The notes below the pieces were generated by a model that saw only the letters and a list, made by a program, of their open reading frames with translations, ran no database searches and had not been told where the DNA came from. 64,000 nucleotides of DNA from NCBI GenBank assembly GCA_963785305.1, contig CAWAUV010000004.1:64001-128000 (forward strand), written 5' to 3'. Of this stretch, positions 42,818 through 53,859 are shown one piece after another. The translations under genes were made by a program, and so were the position numbers. Positions within the stretch are counted from its first letter, which is position 1; the number at the start of each line of letters is the position of its first letter. The DNA comes from an uncultured Planctomycetaceae bacterium (GTDB lineage: Bacteria > Planctomycetota > Planctomycetia > Pirellulales > PALSA-1355).

Positions 42818-43840
42818 ATGGCGTCGAGAATCCCATTCGTTACATGCCGTGGCGCGTTCGTGAAGCCCGATCGACGATCGCGCGAACACGGCTCGCGCTG
42901 GCAGCGCGTCGAGAGCGGCCGTGGTTTCACGCTCGTGGAACTGCTGGTCGTGATCGCGATCATTGGAGTGCTCATCGCGCTCCTGCTCCCGGCCGTGCAA
43001 GCGGCCCGCGAGGCTGCCCGGAGAACCACCTGCTCGAACAACCTCAAACAAATCGGCCTGGGCTGCCTCAACCATGTCCAAGCCTATGGCGCCTTTCCCA
43101 ACGGCGGGCGCGGCGAAACCTGTCCGCGAGCCTGGGTTGGCTCGGCGCCCGCGAAATTCGAACTGCAAACGTGGTCGTGGGGCTACCAGATCCTTCCGTT
43201 TATCGAAGAGTCGGCGCTTTATCAAATCCAAAGCGACGCGACGGTGGCGGCGACCACGATCGGCAGCTATTTTTGCCCCACCCGCAGAGGCCCCACATCG
43301 TTGGCGGGCGGCTATTGGGCCAGCACCAGCGTGCCGCGAGCCCAAGCCGACTATGCCGGCAACGGCGGAAGCTCCAGCCAAAACATCAACGCCGAATCGG
43401 CCTATGGCGATGGGCTCGACGGAATCATCGTCGTGCAAGGCTCGCAGATCGTGGGTCTAAAAAACGTGACCGATGGCACGAGCAAGACGATTCTCATCGG
43501 CGAAAAGCATATCAACTACCCTTACTGCACCACGGACCAGCAGCCCGACGACAACGATGGTTATGTCGGCGGCTATCAAGACGATGTGGTGCGATTCGGC
43601 GTCGCCTCGACCTCCTACGGCCCGTTGGTTCCCACGTTCGACATGCTCGGGCCGCAATACACGAGCGCGACATTGTATCCCACGATCTGGGACTTCGGCT
43701 CCTCGCATTCCACGATCGTGCAATTCGTGCTTTGCGATGGCTCGGTGCAAGGCATCGGCTACGAGATCGATCCACTCACGTTTCAATACAGTTGCTCGCG
43801 CAACGATAATCAAACGGTCAATTTCTCCGGCTCGAACTGA
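42818..43840 (+). CDS. DUF1559 prepilin-type (type IV pilin-like) protein
   Basis: [57 protein letters not shown]9-DG ([12 protein letters not shown]). Confidence 0.95.
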   Translation: MASRIPFVTCRGAFVKPDRRSREHGSRWQRVESGRGFTLVELLVVIAIIGVLIALLLPAVQAAREAARRTTCSNNLKQIGLGCLNHVQAYGAFPNGGRGETCPRAWVGSAPAKFELQTWSWGYQILPFIEESALYQIQSDATVAATTIGSYFCPTRRGPTSLAGGYWASTSVPRAQADYAGNGGSSSQNINAESAYGDGLDGIIVVQGSQIVGLKNVTDGTSKTILIGEKHINYPYCTTDQQPDDNDGYVGGYQDDVVRFGVASTSYGPLVPTFDMLGPQYTSATLYPTIWDFGSSHSTIVQFVLCDGSVQGIGYEIDPLTFQYSCSRNDNQTVNFSGSN

Positions 43841-43875
43841 TCGCCGCGCAAAGCCGCGGGCCACGCCGCGCTCTT

Positions 43876-46083
43876 TCAGTCTTGAACGAACGATAGCACG
43901 ATCGCTTCGTTCATGGTCCACTTGAAGTCGAATTCCTGCCCATCGCCCAGCGATTTGCCGCCGCGCTCGTCGCGAGCGTCTTTCACGGGCATCGCGAACC
44001 GCAGCGTCACGGGGATCGTATCGGATTTCAGTCCCGTCGAATTGCCGCCACCGGTCGAGGAGCCCACGATCTCGGGATTGAAGCACAGCATTGCAATCGT
44101 GCGGCAGCCCTTGGTCCAGTAGGTGATCTCATAGCCGTGGGTCGCGGCCGAGGCGTTTTTGATCTCGACCCAGCGCTTGACCCCGGCTTCGCGCAGCGGG
44201 GCCATGAATGTCTCGCGCTTGGTGGCGGCCTCGAACCCTTGCACACGATAGGCGTTGTACCACTGCGGCGAGAGATTCATCAGCACGGCTCGGCCGGCGC
44301 CGAACCCGCGGTTCGTTTGCGTGGGCATTTCTCGCACGACTTTGTGGAAGCCGCTGGGGTCTCGCACGCACTTGCTCTGGTTCGTGAGAAACTCCTCGTA
44401 GCTCTTCCAGTTGAAGTTGGCGTCTTGGTCGACTTCGCACCACAGCGAACCGTTGAAGAGGTCGTTTGACCGCAGCCTTGGGTTGTGGCGAACTCCGAAC
44501 ATATCGTCGAGCGCACGGCGCTGCCGTTGCCCGCGCCCGAGTCGGCCGAGCCGCTGTGGCCTTTGCCGTGTTCGTCCCACAGCCCGGGCAGATAGTCGGC
44601 GACGACGGTTCCCCCGGCGCGGCAAAAGTCGCGAATTCGCTCGGCCTCGGCATTCTGAGAGGCAAAGCGTGGCCGGCAAGATGAGCACCCGGTATTCCCT
44701 GGGCACGCCGTGCTGAATCACATCGGCATAGTTGATGAAACTATATTGGAGCCCCGAATCGCGGAGCATGTTCTCCCAGGCATGTCGCACATGGTGCGCG
44801 GCGCCGAGCCGCTCATCGCCATTGCGATTGATCCAGGTCTTGCCGTGGGCTTCGGCGTCGAGAATCCAGCCCAATTGAATCGAAGCGTGGTTGTAGTAGA
44901 TCGCCACCCGATCATGCCGCCATTCGGCCTCGGCCAAGAGCGGGCCGATCTTCTTTTCGGCTTCCAAGAAGGTGGGCGCTACTCGGTCGTGCCACGGCTT
45001 CGGCTCCGCCCCATCGAACCAATTCTCGACCCAGGAAATGAATCCACGGTTTCCGTGCGCGAGGTAATACCACGTTTGCCAAATATCGTCGTCGACCGAG
45101 CGGTGGAAATGAGTCGTCACCGTCGGGATCGCGTTTCCCGGATTGAACGAACGAATGATCGCCTGCGAACCGCCGATGTTGTAGGCCTCGAGGAACTGCG
45201 CCTTACGCATGAGCTTGGCATAATCGAAGCCGCCAAACGCATTGGGCGATTGCCCGCCCACGAAGCCGCAGGGCGTGGCCGGGTCGAGCGAATTCGAATA
45301 CTCGACCAGCTCGCCGAGGAAATTGTTCCAGTACGAATCGTTAAACGTCCATTGGTCCATGAGCGGGCTCGCGTCGAATTCGCGCACGCTCCACGAACGC
45401 AGCTTCGGGCGAATCGCGTCGTAGGTGATCCAAGTCGGGCGGCTCGGCGCCGATGGACCATAAATCTCGGCCAGCCAATCGCGATAGGCGTTCGGATCGT
45501 CGGTCACGCGCCACATCGTGGGATGGACGAAATGGCCCCAAGACACTTCATCGTCGAGCGCATAGGCCGCGCGCTGGGGCGACGACTTCAGCGCCTCGAT
45601 CGACTCTCGCATCCGCGATCGCAGCTTCTTGGCCATCGCGGCGTTGACCGGCGCCGAACGCACTCCGGCGCCATGCAACTCGGCCAAATGCGGTTTCACC
45701 TTGTCGCCGTCCCAAAGATGCAAGTCGCCCTTGCCGGCCGTGTGGTCATTGTAAAAACGAAGCCCGAAGCGATTGATCCAGTCGAGCCGGCCGGTTTTGG
45801 AACTACTGGTCTCGATCGCGGCCCGATCGATAAACGCGCCGTTGTATCCATGCTCGACCGACCAGCGGCCCGAGGCGTCGGTGTAACCGATGGTCCATTG
45901 GTAAGTCCAAGGCATGATCGTCCAGCTTGGAAATGCCTTGATGCACCAAGCCTTGTCCCGCGCCACGGGACGAAAGTCTTTCGATGTGCGCACATAGCGT
46001 TCGTAAGGATCATCGGCCGCGAGCGCGATGATCGGGCACGCCGCCAAGGCCATTACGCACAACGTCTCGCGAAAACCATGCAC
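43876..46083 (-). CDS. Secreted hypothetical protein with beta-galactosidase (GH42-like) trimerisation domain
   Basis: Signal-like MALAACPIIALAADD; AYALDDEVSW; VAIYYNHAS, YRVLILPATLCLS; alternate frame FCRAGGTVVADYLPGLWDEHG shows compensating frameshifts near 44655 and 44520. Confidence 0.6.
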   Translation of the reverse strand: MHGFRETLCVMALAACPIIALAADDPYERYVRTSKDFRPVARDKAWCIKAFPSWTIMPWTYQWTIGYTDASGRWSVEHGYNGAFIDRAAIETSSSKTGRLDWINRFGLRFYNDHTAGKGDLHLWDGDKVKPHLAELHGAGVRSAPVNAAMAKKLRSRMRESIEALKSSPQRAAYALDDEVSWGHFVHPTMWRVTDDPNAYRDWLAEIYGPSAPSRPTWITYDAIRPKLRSWSVREFDASPLMDQWTFNDSYWNNFLGELVEYSNSLDPATPCGFVGGQSPNAFGGFDYAKLMRKAQFLEAYNIGGSQAIIRSFNPGNAIPTVTTHFHRSVDDDIWQTWYYLAHGNRGFISWVENWFDGAEPKPWHDRVAPTFLEAEKKIGPLLAEAEWRHDRVAIYYNHASIQLGWILDAEAHGKTWINRNGDERLGAAHHVRHAWENMLRDSGLQYSFINYADVIQHGVPREYRVLILPATLCLSECRGRANSRLLPRRGNRRRRLSARAVGRTRQRPQRLGRLGRGQRQRRALDDMFGVRHNPRLRSNDLFNGSLWCEVDQDANFNWKSYEEFLTNQSKCVRDPSGFHKVVREMPTQTNRGFGAGRAVLMNLSPQWYNAYRVQGFEAATKRETFMAPLREAGVKRWVEIKNASAATHGYEITYWTKGCRTIAMLCFNPEIVGSSTGGGNSTGLKSDTIPVTLRFAMPVKDARDERGGKSLGDGQEFDFKWTMNEAIVLSFVQD

Positions 46084-46166
46084 GACCCGCCTCCGATCTT
46101 CGGTGGATGGCAAAAGCGCGCCCGGCTCGATCCCAAGCGAATTCAAGCCTTGGGTCGGCGCCCTCG

Positions 46167-47342
46167 TCAAAGCGACGCTTGCAGCGCCTCCGCCTCGCGG
46201 CGCAGCGCATTGGAAGTATCCTCGACATTGCGACCCGTGGCAAACACGGTGACGATCGGCTCGCCCGGGCCGATGCGCGAGCCGGGACGAGGAATGTCGG
46301 CGAGTGTTTCGCCCGCGCGCTCGAGCCAAGCGGCCGAAGTCTCGAGCGAAATGGTTAGCGACCGTCGGGCAAACACGATCGCCTTGCCGCACGGCGGCGC
46401 CTTCCCCACGCATGCCGAAAACGCGGCCGCGTCGTCGAGCCTTCCCTGGCAGGCCGCCATGTGCAGCGCGACGCGCCGAGCCGCCGCTCGCGCGCTCGAG
46501 CGCCTCGACCGAGGCCGTGTAGCGGGGATTGACCTCGACGGGCCAGATCGAGCCGGGCCGGGTCCCGGTGGACTTAACCACCGCCGGCGAGACCACGGCG
46601 TCGACGCCGAACAGCCCTACGAACCGAAACGTCGCCCCGAGCACCGCTCCGATCCGCCGCCATTCCGCGAGCGCTGGCAACGCGAGCGCGAGTGGCCCGA
46701 CCGATCCGCAGTAACGAAACCCGGTCGCTCCGGTCCACGCTTCGCCGACCAACTGCCGAGTGACACCCAGCAGCCGCGTTTCTCCGAGGGCGGCGACGAA
46801 CACGGCGGAGGCCGATTCGCCGGCGATGTATTCTTGATAGTACGTGTCGCCGCGAGTCGGCGCGCGAGCCGCGGCAAGGGAGACGCCCACCCCGCCGCTC
46901 GAGCCTCGCGACTTTTGCAGCCACGCCGTTTCATCGCCTAGCGTGTCTCGCGAGCGGGCAAGCGCTGGCGCCTTGAGTCCCGCGGCATGCAAGGCGGCGG
47001 CCACGCGCCATGGATCCGCGCCGCCTCGAGCACGCCGGCATCGTTCCCCCAGAGTCGCCGCGACCGCGACCAGCGCGCCACGAGCTCCGGATAATTCTCT
47101 ATTCCACCGGTATATAACCAGCCGCCCGGCTGAGGGCCCAAGATCGCCTGCTCGAACCCGGCCGGATAGTCCGCGACGCGAACCACCGAACCGCGCCTGG
47201 CACGATTTGGATCGGCGGGATCGGGATTGGCAAGATCGACATCGGCGAATAGATCGGCGGCCAGCGTGGCAAAGCCGGCTCGCTCGGCAGACTGCGCCGC
47301 GGCGCGAACGCTCGCGCCCACGATCGTGAGCATTTCAGGCAT
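46167..47342 (-). CDS. ATP-grasp domain protein (frameshifted into three pieces)
   Basis: IVGASVRAAAQSA..ADLFADVDL; SSGGVGV, YYQEYIAG, GVTRQLVG, FRYCGS, GLFGVD, VEVNPRYTAS; GKAIVFA..ADIP. Confidence 0.8.
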
Positions 47343-47444
47343 GATCGACTCATGGAAAATCGGAGGACGGCCGCTCACGGATCGTAACCCGGCCGTCCTC
47401 CGCTGTCGATCAACCGCCGGCGCCCATCGCTTCGCGATGCCGCG

Positions 47445-48000
47445 TTAACGCAAGAACTGCTGGCACCAGTAGGTCGAGCCTTCGGGAGTCGTGTAGGCCG
47501 CGACTCCGATTCGGGTGTAGCCCGAGTTGAGGATGTTGGCTCGATGGCCCGACGAATTCATCCACGACTGCATCGCCTCGCTGCTGCTGCGTTGTCCCAT
47601 GGCGATGTTCTCGGCGACCGGGGCGCTGGTGTGCTGCAAGGTGCGGGCTTGCGTCATCCAGGCCGCATGGCGGCGAGCTTGGTTCATCAGAAAACGATCG
47701 ATCACGAGCGGTCGCAAACCATAGCGTGCCCGTTGGGCGTTGGTTTGCTGCACGACGGCCGCCTCGGCGGGAAACAGATTGAGCTGATTCGCCGCTTGCT
47801 TGGGCTTCTCGCTCTGGGCGGGCGCCTCGCCACTCGCAGCCGCCTTGTCGGTCGCCGCCGCGCCGCTCTCGGCCGCGGGAGGCGCTGCTCGCCGCGCTCG
47901 TGCTGCCGGGGGCCGCCACCGCTTGGTTCGCGGGAGAAACCGCCGTGGGCGCCGCGGAGATCGCAAGGCCGACATAGAAAATGGCCAATGTGCTCGACAT
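47445..48000 (-). CDS. CAP (SCP-like) domain secreted protein (frameshift near 47900)
   Basis: TNAQRARYGL, AENIAMG, WMNSSGHRANIL, YWCQQF. Confidence 0.88.
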
Positions 48001-48735
48001 CAAGAATCCTTCCTTTCGGCCTCGGGCCAACGATGGCGACCGAGCCAGCCACCGAACAGTCGGGCGAAGCCAGACGCCGCCCGCTCGCCGCGAGGTTAAC
48101 GCGGCGACCGAAGCGGCAGGCATCGCCATCGGCCGCGGCTCGATGCGATCAGACCCAAGACGGTTTGGTAATTGAAGAAAACGAAAACGGAAATCAGAAA
48201 CGCGTTTGCTCGAGCATGGGAGTCGGCAGCGCTACCGACGACCCGAGACGACGCGCTTCGCGGTGGGAGCCGCTTCGCGTGGATGAAGAACCTCGCCATG
48301 TCGTCGACGGAACATGTCGCGGTCTTCATCGCGGCCAAGCGGCCAGTGGCAAGCCGGAGGCAAAAGCTAAGGCGAACGCCGATTCATTGCAAGCGGCCAG
48401 GGCCATCGAATCGCGTCAAACCCAAGCGCCGCAACAAGAAAAAAATTTTGGACCCGCGACGTGTACAAATTCCGTGCCAACAATTCGCGGCCAGCGCGCG
48501 AGCCAAATCAAACGCAATTCGCGGCCGCGTGGCGTTGCTCGCCCCCTTGACAGCGCGGGCGGCGCGAGTCGCGCCAAGAAATGCATACACGCCATGTACA
48601 CAATTGCGAGAGCCGCCCTCTCCGCCGCGAAGCGGCGGCCTCGCGACTCTTGGATCGACCCCGAAAGGGTCGTATAGCAACGTTGGCCGCATGGCGCCAC
48701 AAGCGACTTCGGCGGCCAGCGGGCAAACGCCGACA

Positions 48736-49430
48736 TCAAGGCTGTCGCGGCTCGCTCGCGGGTTCTCGAATGAGCTGCTCGACCAATTCCGATACCTGCC
48801 GATACGTGAAGGGGCCTCCGCTCGTGTTCGCGTCTTCATTGTCGAACCGCTTGCGCAGGCGCCTTGGCGGTCGTAGACGAACACCGCCGGGATGCTCGCC
48901 AAGTGAAAACGACGATAGAGATCGTCGGATGCGTCGCTCGAAAGAATGTTGTCGAACGTCGCGTGCTTTGCTTCCAAGAATTTCAGCACTCGCGGCAAGT
49001 CATCGGCGGGCTTCGTGTCGGGTAGCCCCTCGAAATCGAAACTGAGCGACACGCATGCCAAGTCGCCGGCCGCATGTTCGCGATGCAAGTCGACGAGATG
49101 CGGGAACTCGCGCAAGCACGGCGCGCAGCTCGTGCTCCAGGCGTCCATCACCACCACCTTGCCGCGATGGCTGGCGATCAACCGCTCGATGCCCTCGAAA
49201 TCGAGAATCCGAACCTTCACATCGCTCGCCCTGGCGTCGTCCGCCGCCGTGGCGCCTTCGGCCGCCGGCGGCGGTTTGACCGATGGCATGGCCTCGCCGC
49301 TCGACGCCGTGGAAACGGTTGCCGCCGGCTCGACTTTTCGCGACGCTGGGGGCTCGCATCCCAATCCTAGCGCGGCGCTCGCCGCTCCCGCGAGTGCAAG
49401 CAGCCGCCAGCGCGAACAAAACCGATGCAT
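48736..49430 (-). CDS. TlpA-like thioredoxin lipoprotein (frameshift near 48860)
   Basis: LGLGC lipobox; GKVVVMDAWSTSCAPCLREFP (CxxC); SIPAVFVYDRQG. Confidence 0.85.
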
Positions 49431-49495
49431 GACTCCGACTCCTCTTCGTGAACGCTAGAAAACGATCCGCCCCATGTCCCCGCGCGATTCGGCCG

Positions 49496-50972
49496 CTATT
49501 TCTTATTGACCGCCGCTTTCTCCGCGGGCGTCGGCCAATCGGGCGAGGGAACATGCGACGCGGCCATGAACCGGCTCAGCTCGTCGACGATTTCGGGATG
49601 CTCGGCCGACACATCACGCGTTTCGCCCAGGTCGTTCGTGAGGTCGTAGAGCTCGGTCCGCGCCGGCCGATTTCGCACCGCTTTCCAAGGCCCCTTGCGC
49701 GCGGCCTGCGTGAAGCCGCGCTCATGGAATTCCCAGTAAAACGGGCCATGCGGCGCCTGCTCGTGGCCCGCGGCCGAGGCCCCGACGATCGTTGGCCACA
49801 TCGAAACTCCATCGATGTCCGCGGGTGGAGCGACATGCACGATGTCGGCCACCGTCGGCGGCACATCCCAAAATGCCCAGGGCTGGTTATTGGTTTGTCC
49901 GGCCGCGATGTGCCCGGAATATCGCACGATCATCGGAACCCGAATTCCGCCCTCGTACAAATCGCGCTTCGAGCCTCGCAAGGGGCCGCCATCGTCGAAG
50001 AAATCGAGCTTGGCGCCGCCCTCGGTATGGGGACCGTTGTCGCTTGTGAAAAACACGATGGTTCGATCGTCGATGCCGAGCGAGGCCAGTCGGTCGAGCA
50101 GCCGGCCGGTGTCGCGATCGAGCCGCGTAATCATGGCGGCGTGGCCCCGCTGAGCCGGCGGCCAGTCGCGATCCGAATAAGGCTCGTCGCTCGGCTGGTC
50201 GCGCGTGCCCTCGGATTTGGCTTCGTTGTTGGCATGAGGCAAGGTCGTGGCGAAGTACAAGAAAAACGGCTCGTCGCGATGCTTTTCCATGAAATCGAGC
50301 GCCGCCTCGATCAATAAATCCGGCGCATATTCGACCCGCTTCGTCGCCACGCCATGGGCCACCACATTCCCCAGCGGAACTCGCTCGCCATTGCGCCAGA
50401 GATGATCGGGATAGTAGTTGTGCGCATGCGTCTGATCGAGAAAACCAAACGACTGGTCGAAACCCTTGCGCATGGGCGCCCCGGTCGTGTCGGCGTCGCC
50501 GAGTCCCCATTTGCCGAACAGTCCAGTGGCGTAGCCCGCCTTTTTGCAAACTTCGGCCACGGTTTCGTCGGAAGGCGCGAGCGGTGTCTTGGCGTTGCCC
50601 CGCACTCGGGCATGGCCCGTGTGGCGCCCGGTCATGAGCGCAGGCGCGAGGGAGCGCAAACCGTGGAGCCGGCATGGCAATCCGTGAAGCGAATCCCCTC
50701 GGCCGCCATCCGATCGATCCGCGGAGTGAGTATCTTCTTCTGCCCTTGGCAGCCAAGATCGCCATAGCCAAGATCATCGGCGAGAATAAACACGATATTG
50801 GGTCGCGCCGGTTTGCTTGCCCCATCGGCCGCCAGCGCCGAGCGGATCGGGTGCCCGGCGCAAAGAGGCCACCCGCCGCAAGGAGCAAGGGAACCAAGGT
50901 GAGTAGGAGCTTGGCGAAAGCATCGGGGCGATTCGTCGATTGGCGGCGGTCGCGCGGCGCGGTCATATGCAT
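49496..50972 (-). CDS. Arylsulfatase (frameshifted)
   Basis: [22 protein letters not shown] signature, [24 protein letters not shown]. Confidence 0.92.
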
Positions 50973-51147
50973 GCCTCGTCGGAAATAAAATCGAATGGCC
51001 CAGGGGCGACAATATCAATAATTGCCGGCGACAAGCCGGCCATTTGGAGCGTCGCGCGTTCCTCGCGCGATCGGAGCCAACTGGCGCGAATAGCGCAATC
51101 GGCGACTCGCCGGCGATGGGCTGGCGCGTTACCCGGGCGCCATCGGC

Positions 51148-52038
51148 TCAGGCGGCGCCGTATTTCTTGAACCAGGCGAGCATTCGCTTCCAGCCGTCTT
51201 CCGCGTCGGCCTTGCGATAGCTGGGGCGATAGTCGGCGTTGAAGGCGTGTGGCGCGTCGGGATAGACGACGATTTCCGAAGGGCCGCCGGAAGCCTTGAT
51301 CGCCTCGCGCATCTGGTCGACCGTGGCAACCGGAATGCCATGGTCCTCGCCGCCATAAAGGCCCAGTACCGGCGCTTTGAGCGCCGAGGCCAGCTCGAGC
51401 GGGCTCTTCGGGTGCAGCGCGTCGCTGGCGCCCACCAGCCGGCCGTACCAAGCCGCTCCGGCCTTGAGCGCGGGGCTGTGGGCCGCATAGAGCCACACGA
51501 TTCGCCCGCCCCAGCAAAAGCCGGTGATCGCCAGCCTCGAGACATCGGCCTTGCCGGTCGATTGGGCCCAGGCCACGGTGGCGTCGAGGTCGGACATCAC
51601 CTGCGAGTCGGGCACTTTGGAGACAACCTCCTTGATCACCTTTTGAATGTCGGTCTCATGCGAGACATCGCCCTGGCGGAAATAGAGCTCGGTGGCGATC
51701 GCCATGTAGCCTAGCTTGGCGAGCCGGCGGCAAAGGTCCTTGATGTGCTCGTGCACGCCAAAGATTTCTTGCACCACCAGCACCACGGGAAAATCCTTGC
51801 CCGAGGCCGGTTGGGCGCGATAGGCCGGAATGGTTTCATTGCCGACCGGGATTTTTACTTCGCCGGCTTCGAGACCGGCGGCATCGGTCGAGATGGTTTC
51901 GGCCGAAACCGGCCGCACCGCCAGGGCGAACCCAGTGGCGAGCGAACCGCCCACGAAAGCCCGCCGCGACACTGCGCCAGCCGGGGCGCTGGAATCCTTC
52001 GAGGCACGATCGTTTCGCTTCACAAGAGTCTCGTCCAT
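51148..52038 (-). CDS. Dienelactone hydrolase family protein with Tat signal
   Basis: [32 protein letters not shown]. Confidence 0.92.
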   Translation of the reverse strand: MDETLVKRNDRASKDSSAPAGAVSRRAFVGGSLATGFALAVRPVSAETISTDAAGLEAGEVKIPVGNETIPAYRAQPASGKDFPVVLVVQEIFGVHEHIKDLCRRLAKLGYMAIATELYFRQGDVSHETDIQKVIKEVVSKVPDSQVMSDLDATVAWAQSTGKADVSRLAITGFCWGGRIVWLYAAHSPALKAGAAWYGRLVGASDALHPKSPLELASALKAPVLGLYGGEDHGIPVATVDQMREAIKASGGPSEIVVYPDAPHAFNADYRPSYRKADAEDGWKRMLAWFKKYGAA

Positions 52039-52156
52039 GGCCGGCGTCTCCCGAAAACATGTGGGGGTAAGTTGGGAAAATCGTCCCCATTGTTTCCACG
52101 CGCCGGGTGAAATTCAATCACTCCCATTGGCGGATCGCGACAATCGACGGGCTACG

Positions 52157-52471
52157 CTACGCCATGCACGGAGCCGCCGAGCGGTCCGCGGTGGCGGCGG
52201 TGGCGGCGGCGAGCGCTGGCGTGCGAGGAGCGGCGGCCCGATTCGCGCGACGGGGGCTCGGCGGCAATTGCAGCTCGTAGCGCGCCAGCACAATCGCGAT
52301 CGCGTCGCCAATCGGCCGCGGCCCACCCAATCGCTCGCCAAAGCGCTCAGCCAGCCGCTCGCCAAAGCGCGATTCGTTCTGCCGCGGTGCCGGTTGGGCC
52401 GTTGCGCTTGCGGGGCTGGCGCCAGCGGCGCTTGGGAATCGGTCGCTCGAAGTCGTGAGAGCTCGAATCAT
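52157..52471 (-). CDS. Small hypothetical protein (104 aa)
   Basis: ATG 52471 preceded by AAGGGGG and a good promoter; core PRPIGDAIAIVLARYEL. Confidence 0.45.
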   Translation of the reverse strand: MIRALTTSSDRFPSAAGASPASATAQPAPRQNESRFGERLAERFGERLGGPRPIGDAIAIVLARYELQLPPSPRRANRAAAPRTPALAAATAATADRSAAPCMA

Positions 52472-52520
52472 GGACGGGGTCCCCCTTGGAGTGCATTGGT
52501 GGAGCGCGACGACCAACCAG

Positions 52521-52563
52521 TGTGCATATGTCCATTATTATGCGATATGTGTACATCTGTCAA
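52521..52563 (-). promoter_or_regulatory. Promoter TTGACA-N18-AATAAT overlapped by two imperfect TGTAC-N4-GTACA-like palindromes
   Basis: AT-rich island; TGTGCATATGTCCA (52521-52534) and TGTACATCTGTCAA (52550-52563). Confidence 0.5.
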
Positions 52564-52764
52564 CTCCCCGGAGCGGTGGATTTCCTGTTTGGCACAGGTT
52601 CTCGATTGACCTTGCTGCGCGCTGCGCGGCCGCTAACATGCCGCCCCTCGCGCGAGAGGGCGCCGCGCCAATGCGCCGCGGCGCATTGCGGCGATTCAAC
52701 CCTCGACCACCGCTTTCGACCTGACCCATTCGGACGGATCCGATGCACCGCGACGAGCCTCGGC

Positions 52765-53601
52765 GTGGCCCCCGCAGACGCGAAAACTCGCGTTCGCCCG
52801 CGCGCCGTCTCGCTGGGCGCCTTCGGTTTGCTCTTGGCCGGCGGCTGTGCCCAGAGCCCTTATCTGGCACAGAATCAGAATCAGGCTTCCGTTCAGCAAA
52901 ACTTGGCCCTTGAAGAACGCAGTCGCCAGCTCGAGTCGCGCACCGCCACACTCGATCGCGACAATCAAGAGTTGCAATCCTTGCTCGCCCAGTCGCGGCA
53001 GAATTCGAAATTGCTCGAAGAGCAACTCGTCGCAGTGCGCGACCAGCTTTCCAATGCCAGCGGGCAACTCGCGCAAACGCGTGAAGAAAGCCAGCAGCAG
53101 GCCCGGCAAACCGAGCAGCTTGTGGCCGCCACTCGCCGTCGCGGGGCGATCATCACCGCCAACAGCAGCGTCAAACGCACCTTGGCCAATCTGAATTTGC
53201 CGGGCCTCGAAGTTCGGCCCGATGGCGATGTGGTGCGGGTCGAACTGCCAGCCGAGCGGCTCTTCGGCTCCGGCTCGACCTTGCTCCAGCCAGCCGGCGC
53301 CAGTCTAGTCGAGGCCACCGCGGCCGAACTGAGCCGCGCGTTCCCCGGTCAGATCATCGGCATCGAAGGCCACACCGACAATCAGCCCGCCGCGATCGCC
53401 GGCGGCGCCCAGCAGCTCTCCGTGTCGCGGGCCATGGCCGTGTACCATGAGCTCGAAACTCGCGGACATTTTCAGCCCGGCCAACTCTTCGTCGCGGGCC
53501 ACGCGGCCAATCACCCGGTGGTGTCGAACGCCACGCCCGAAGGCCAGCGGCGCAACAATCGCATCGAGCTGGTCGTGTATCCCGAAAAAGCGGGCGGCTA
53601 A
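52765..53601 (+). CDS. OmpA/MotB-domain lipoprotein with coiled coil
   Basis: LLAGGC lipobox, Gln-rich coiled coil, IEGHTD, LSVSRAMAV, NNRIELVVYP; start uncertain. Confidence 0.85.
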   Translation: MAPADAKTRVRPRAVSLGAFGLLLAGGCAQSPYLAQNQNQASVQQNLALEERSRQLESRTATLDRDNQELQSLLAQSRQNSKLLEEQLVAVRDQLSNASGQLAQTREESQQQARQTEQLVAATRRRGAIITANSSVKRTLANLNLPGLEVRPDGDVVRVELPAERLFGSGSTLLQPAGASLVEATAAELSRAFPGQIIGIEGHTDNQPAAIAGGAQQLSVSRAMAVYHELETRGHFQPGQLFVAGHAANHPVVSNATPEGQRRNNRIELVVYPEKAGG

Positions 53602-53859
53602 TCGCGCAATTCGCCGAAGCCCATCAAGCCGCGGCGCCCGGGCCGCGAGCGGCGCCATCGCCGAATGCTAGCGCCGCCGGTCGTCTCGAAGGATTCAGCG
53701 CGGCATTTATGCCCCGCCGCACACATCCGCCGATCCCCCATCGGACCTCTGATCGGAAAGCCTTGGAGTTAGGGCGCGGCCGCGAGCTTGGTGGATGCCC
53801 TATTTTGCACCGCGTTTTGCTCCGCCAAATCACACGGGTAAGACCGATCAAACGGCTCG

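Noticed and set aside
43876..47004. 1042-aa ATP-grasp/glycosidase fusion in the ORF track
   Set aside because: Produced by a frameshift near 46480; the true ATP-grasp C-terminus is in ORF 46167-46460 and the downstream gene has its own signal peptide.
48340..48385. c-di-GMP-I riboswitch upstream of the CAP gene
   Set aside because: Only a GCCTCCGG fragment resembles it; the GGCAAA..GAAA..GACGCAAAG core is absent.
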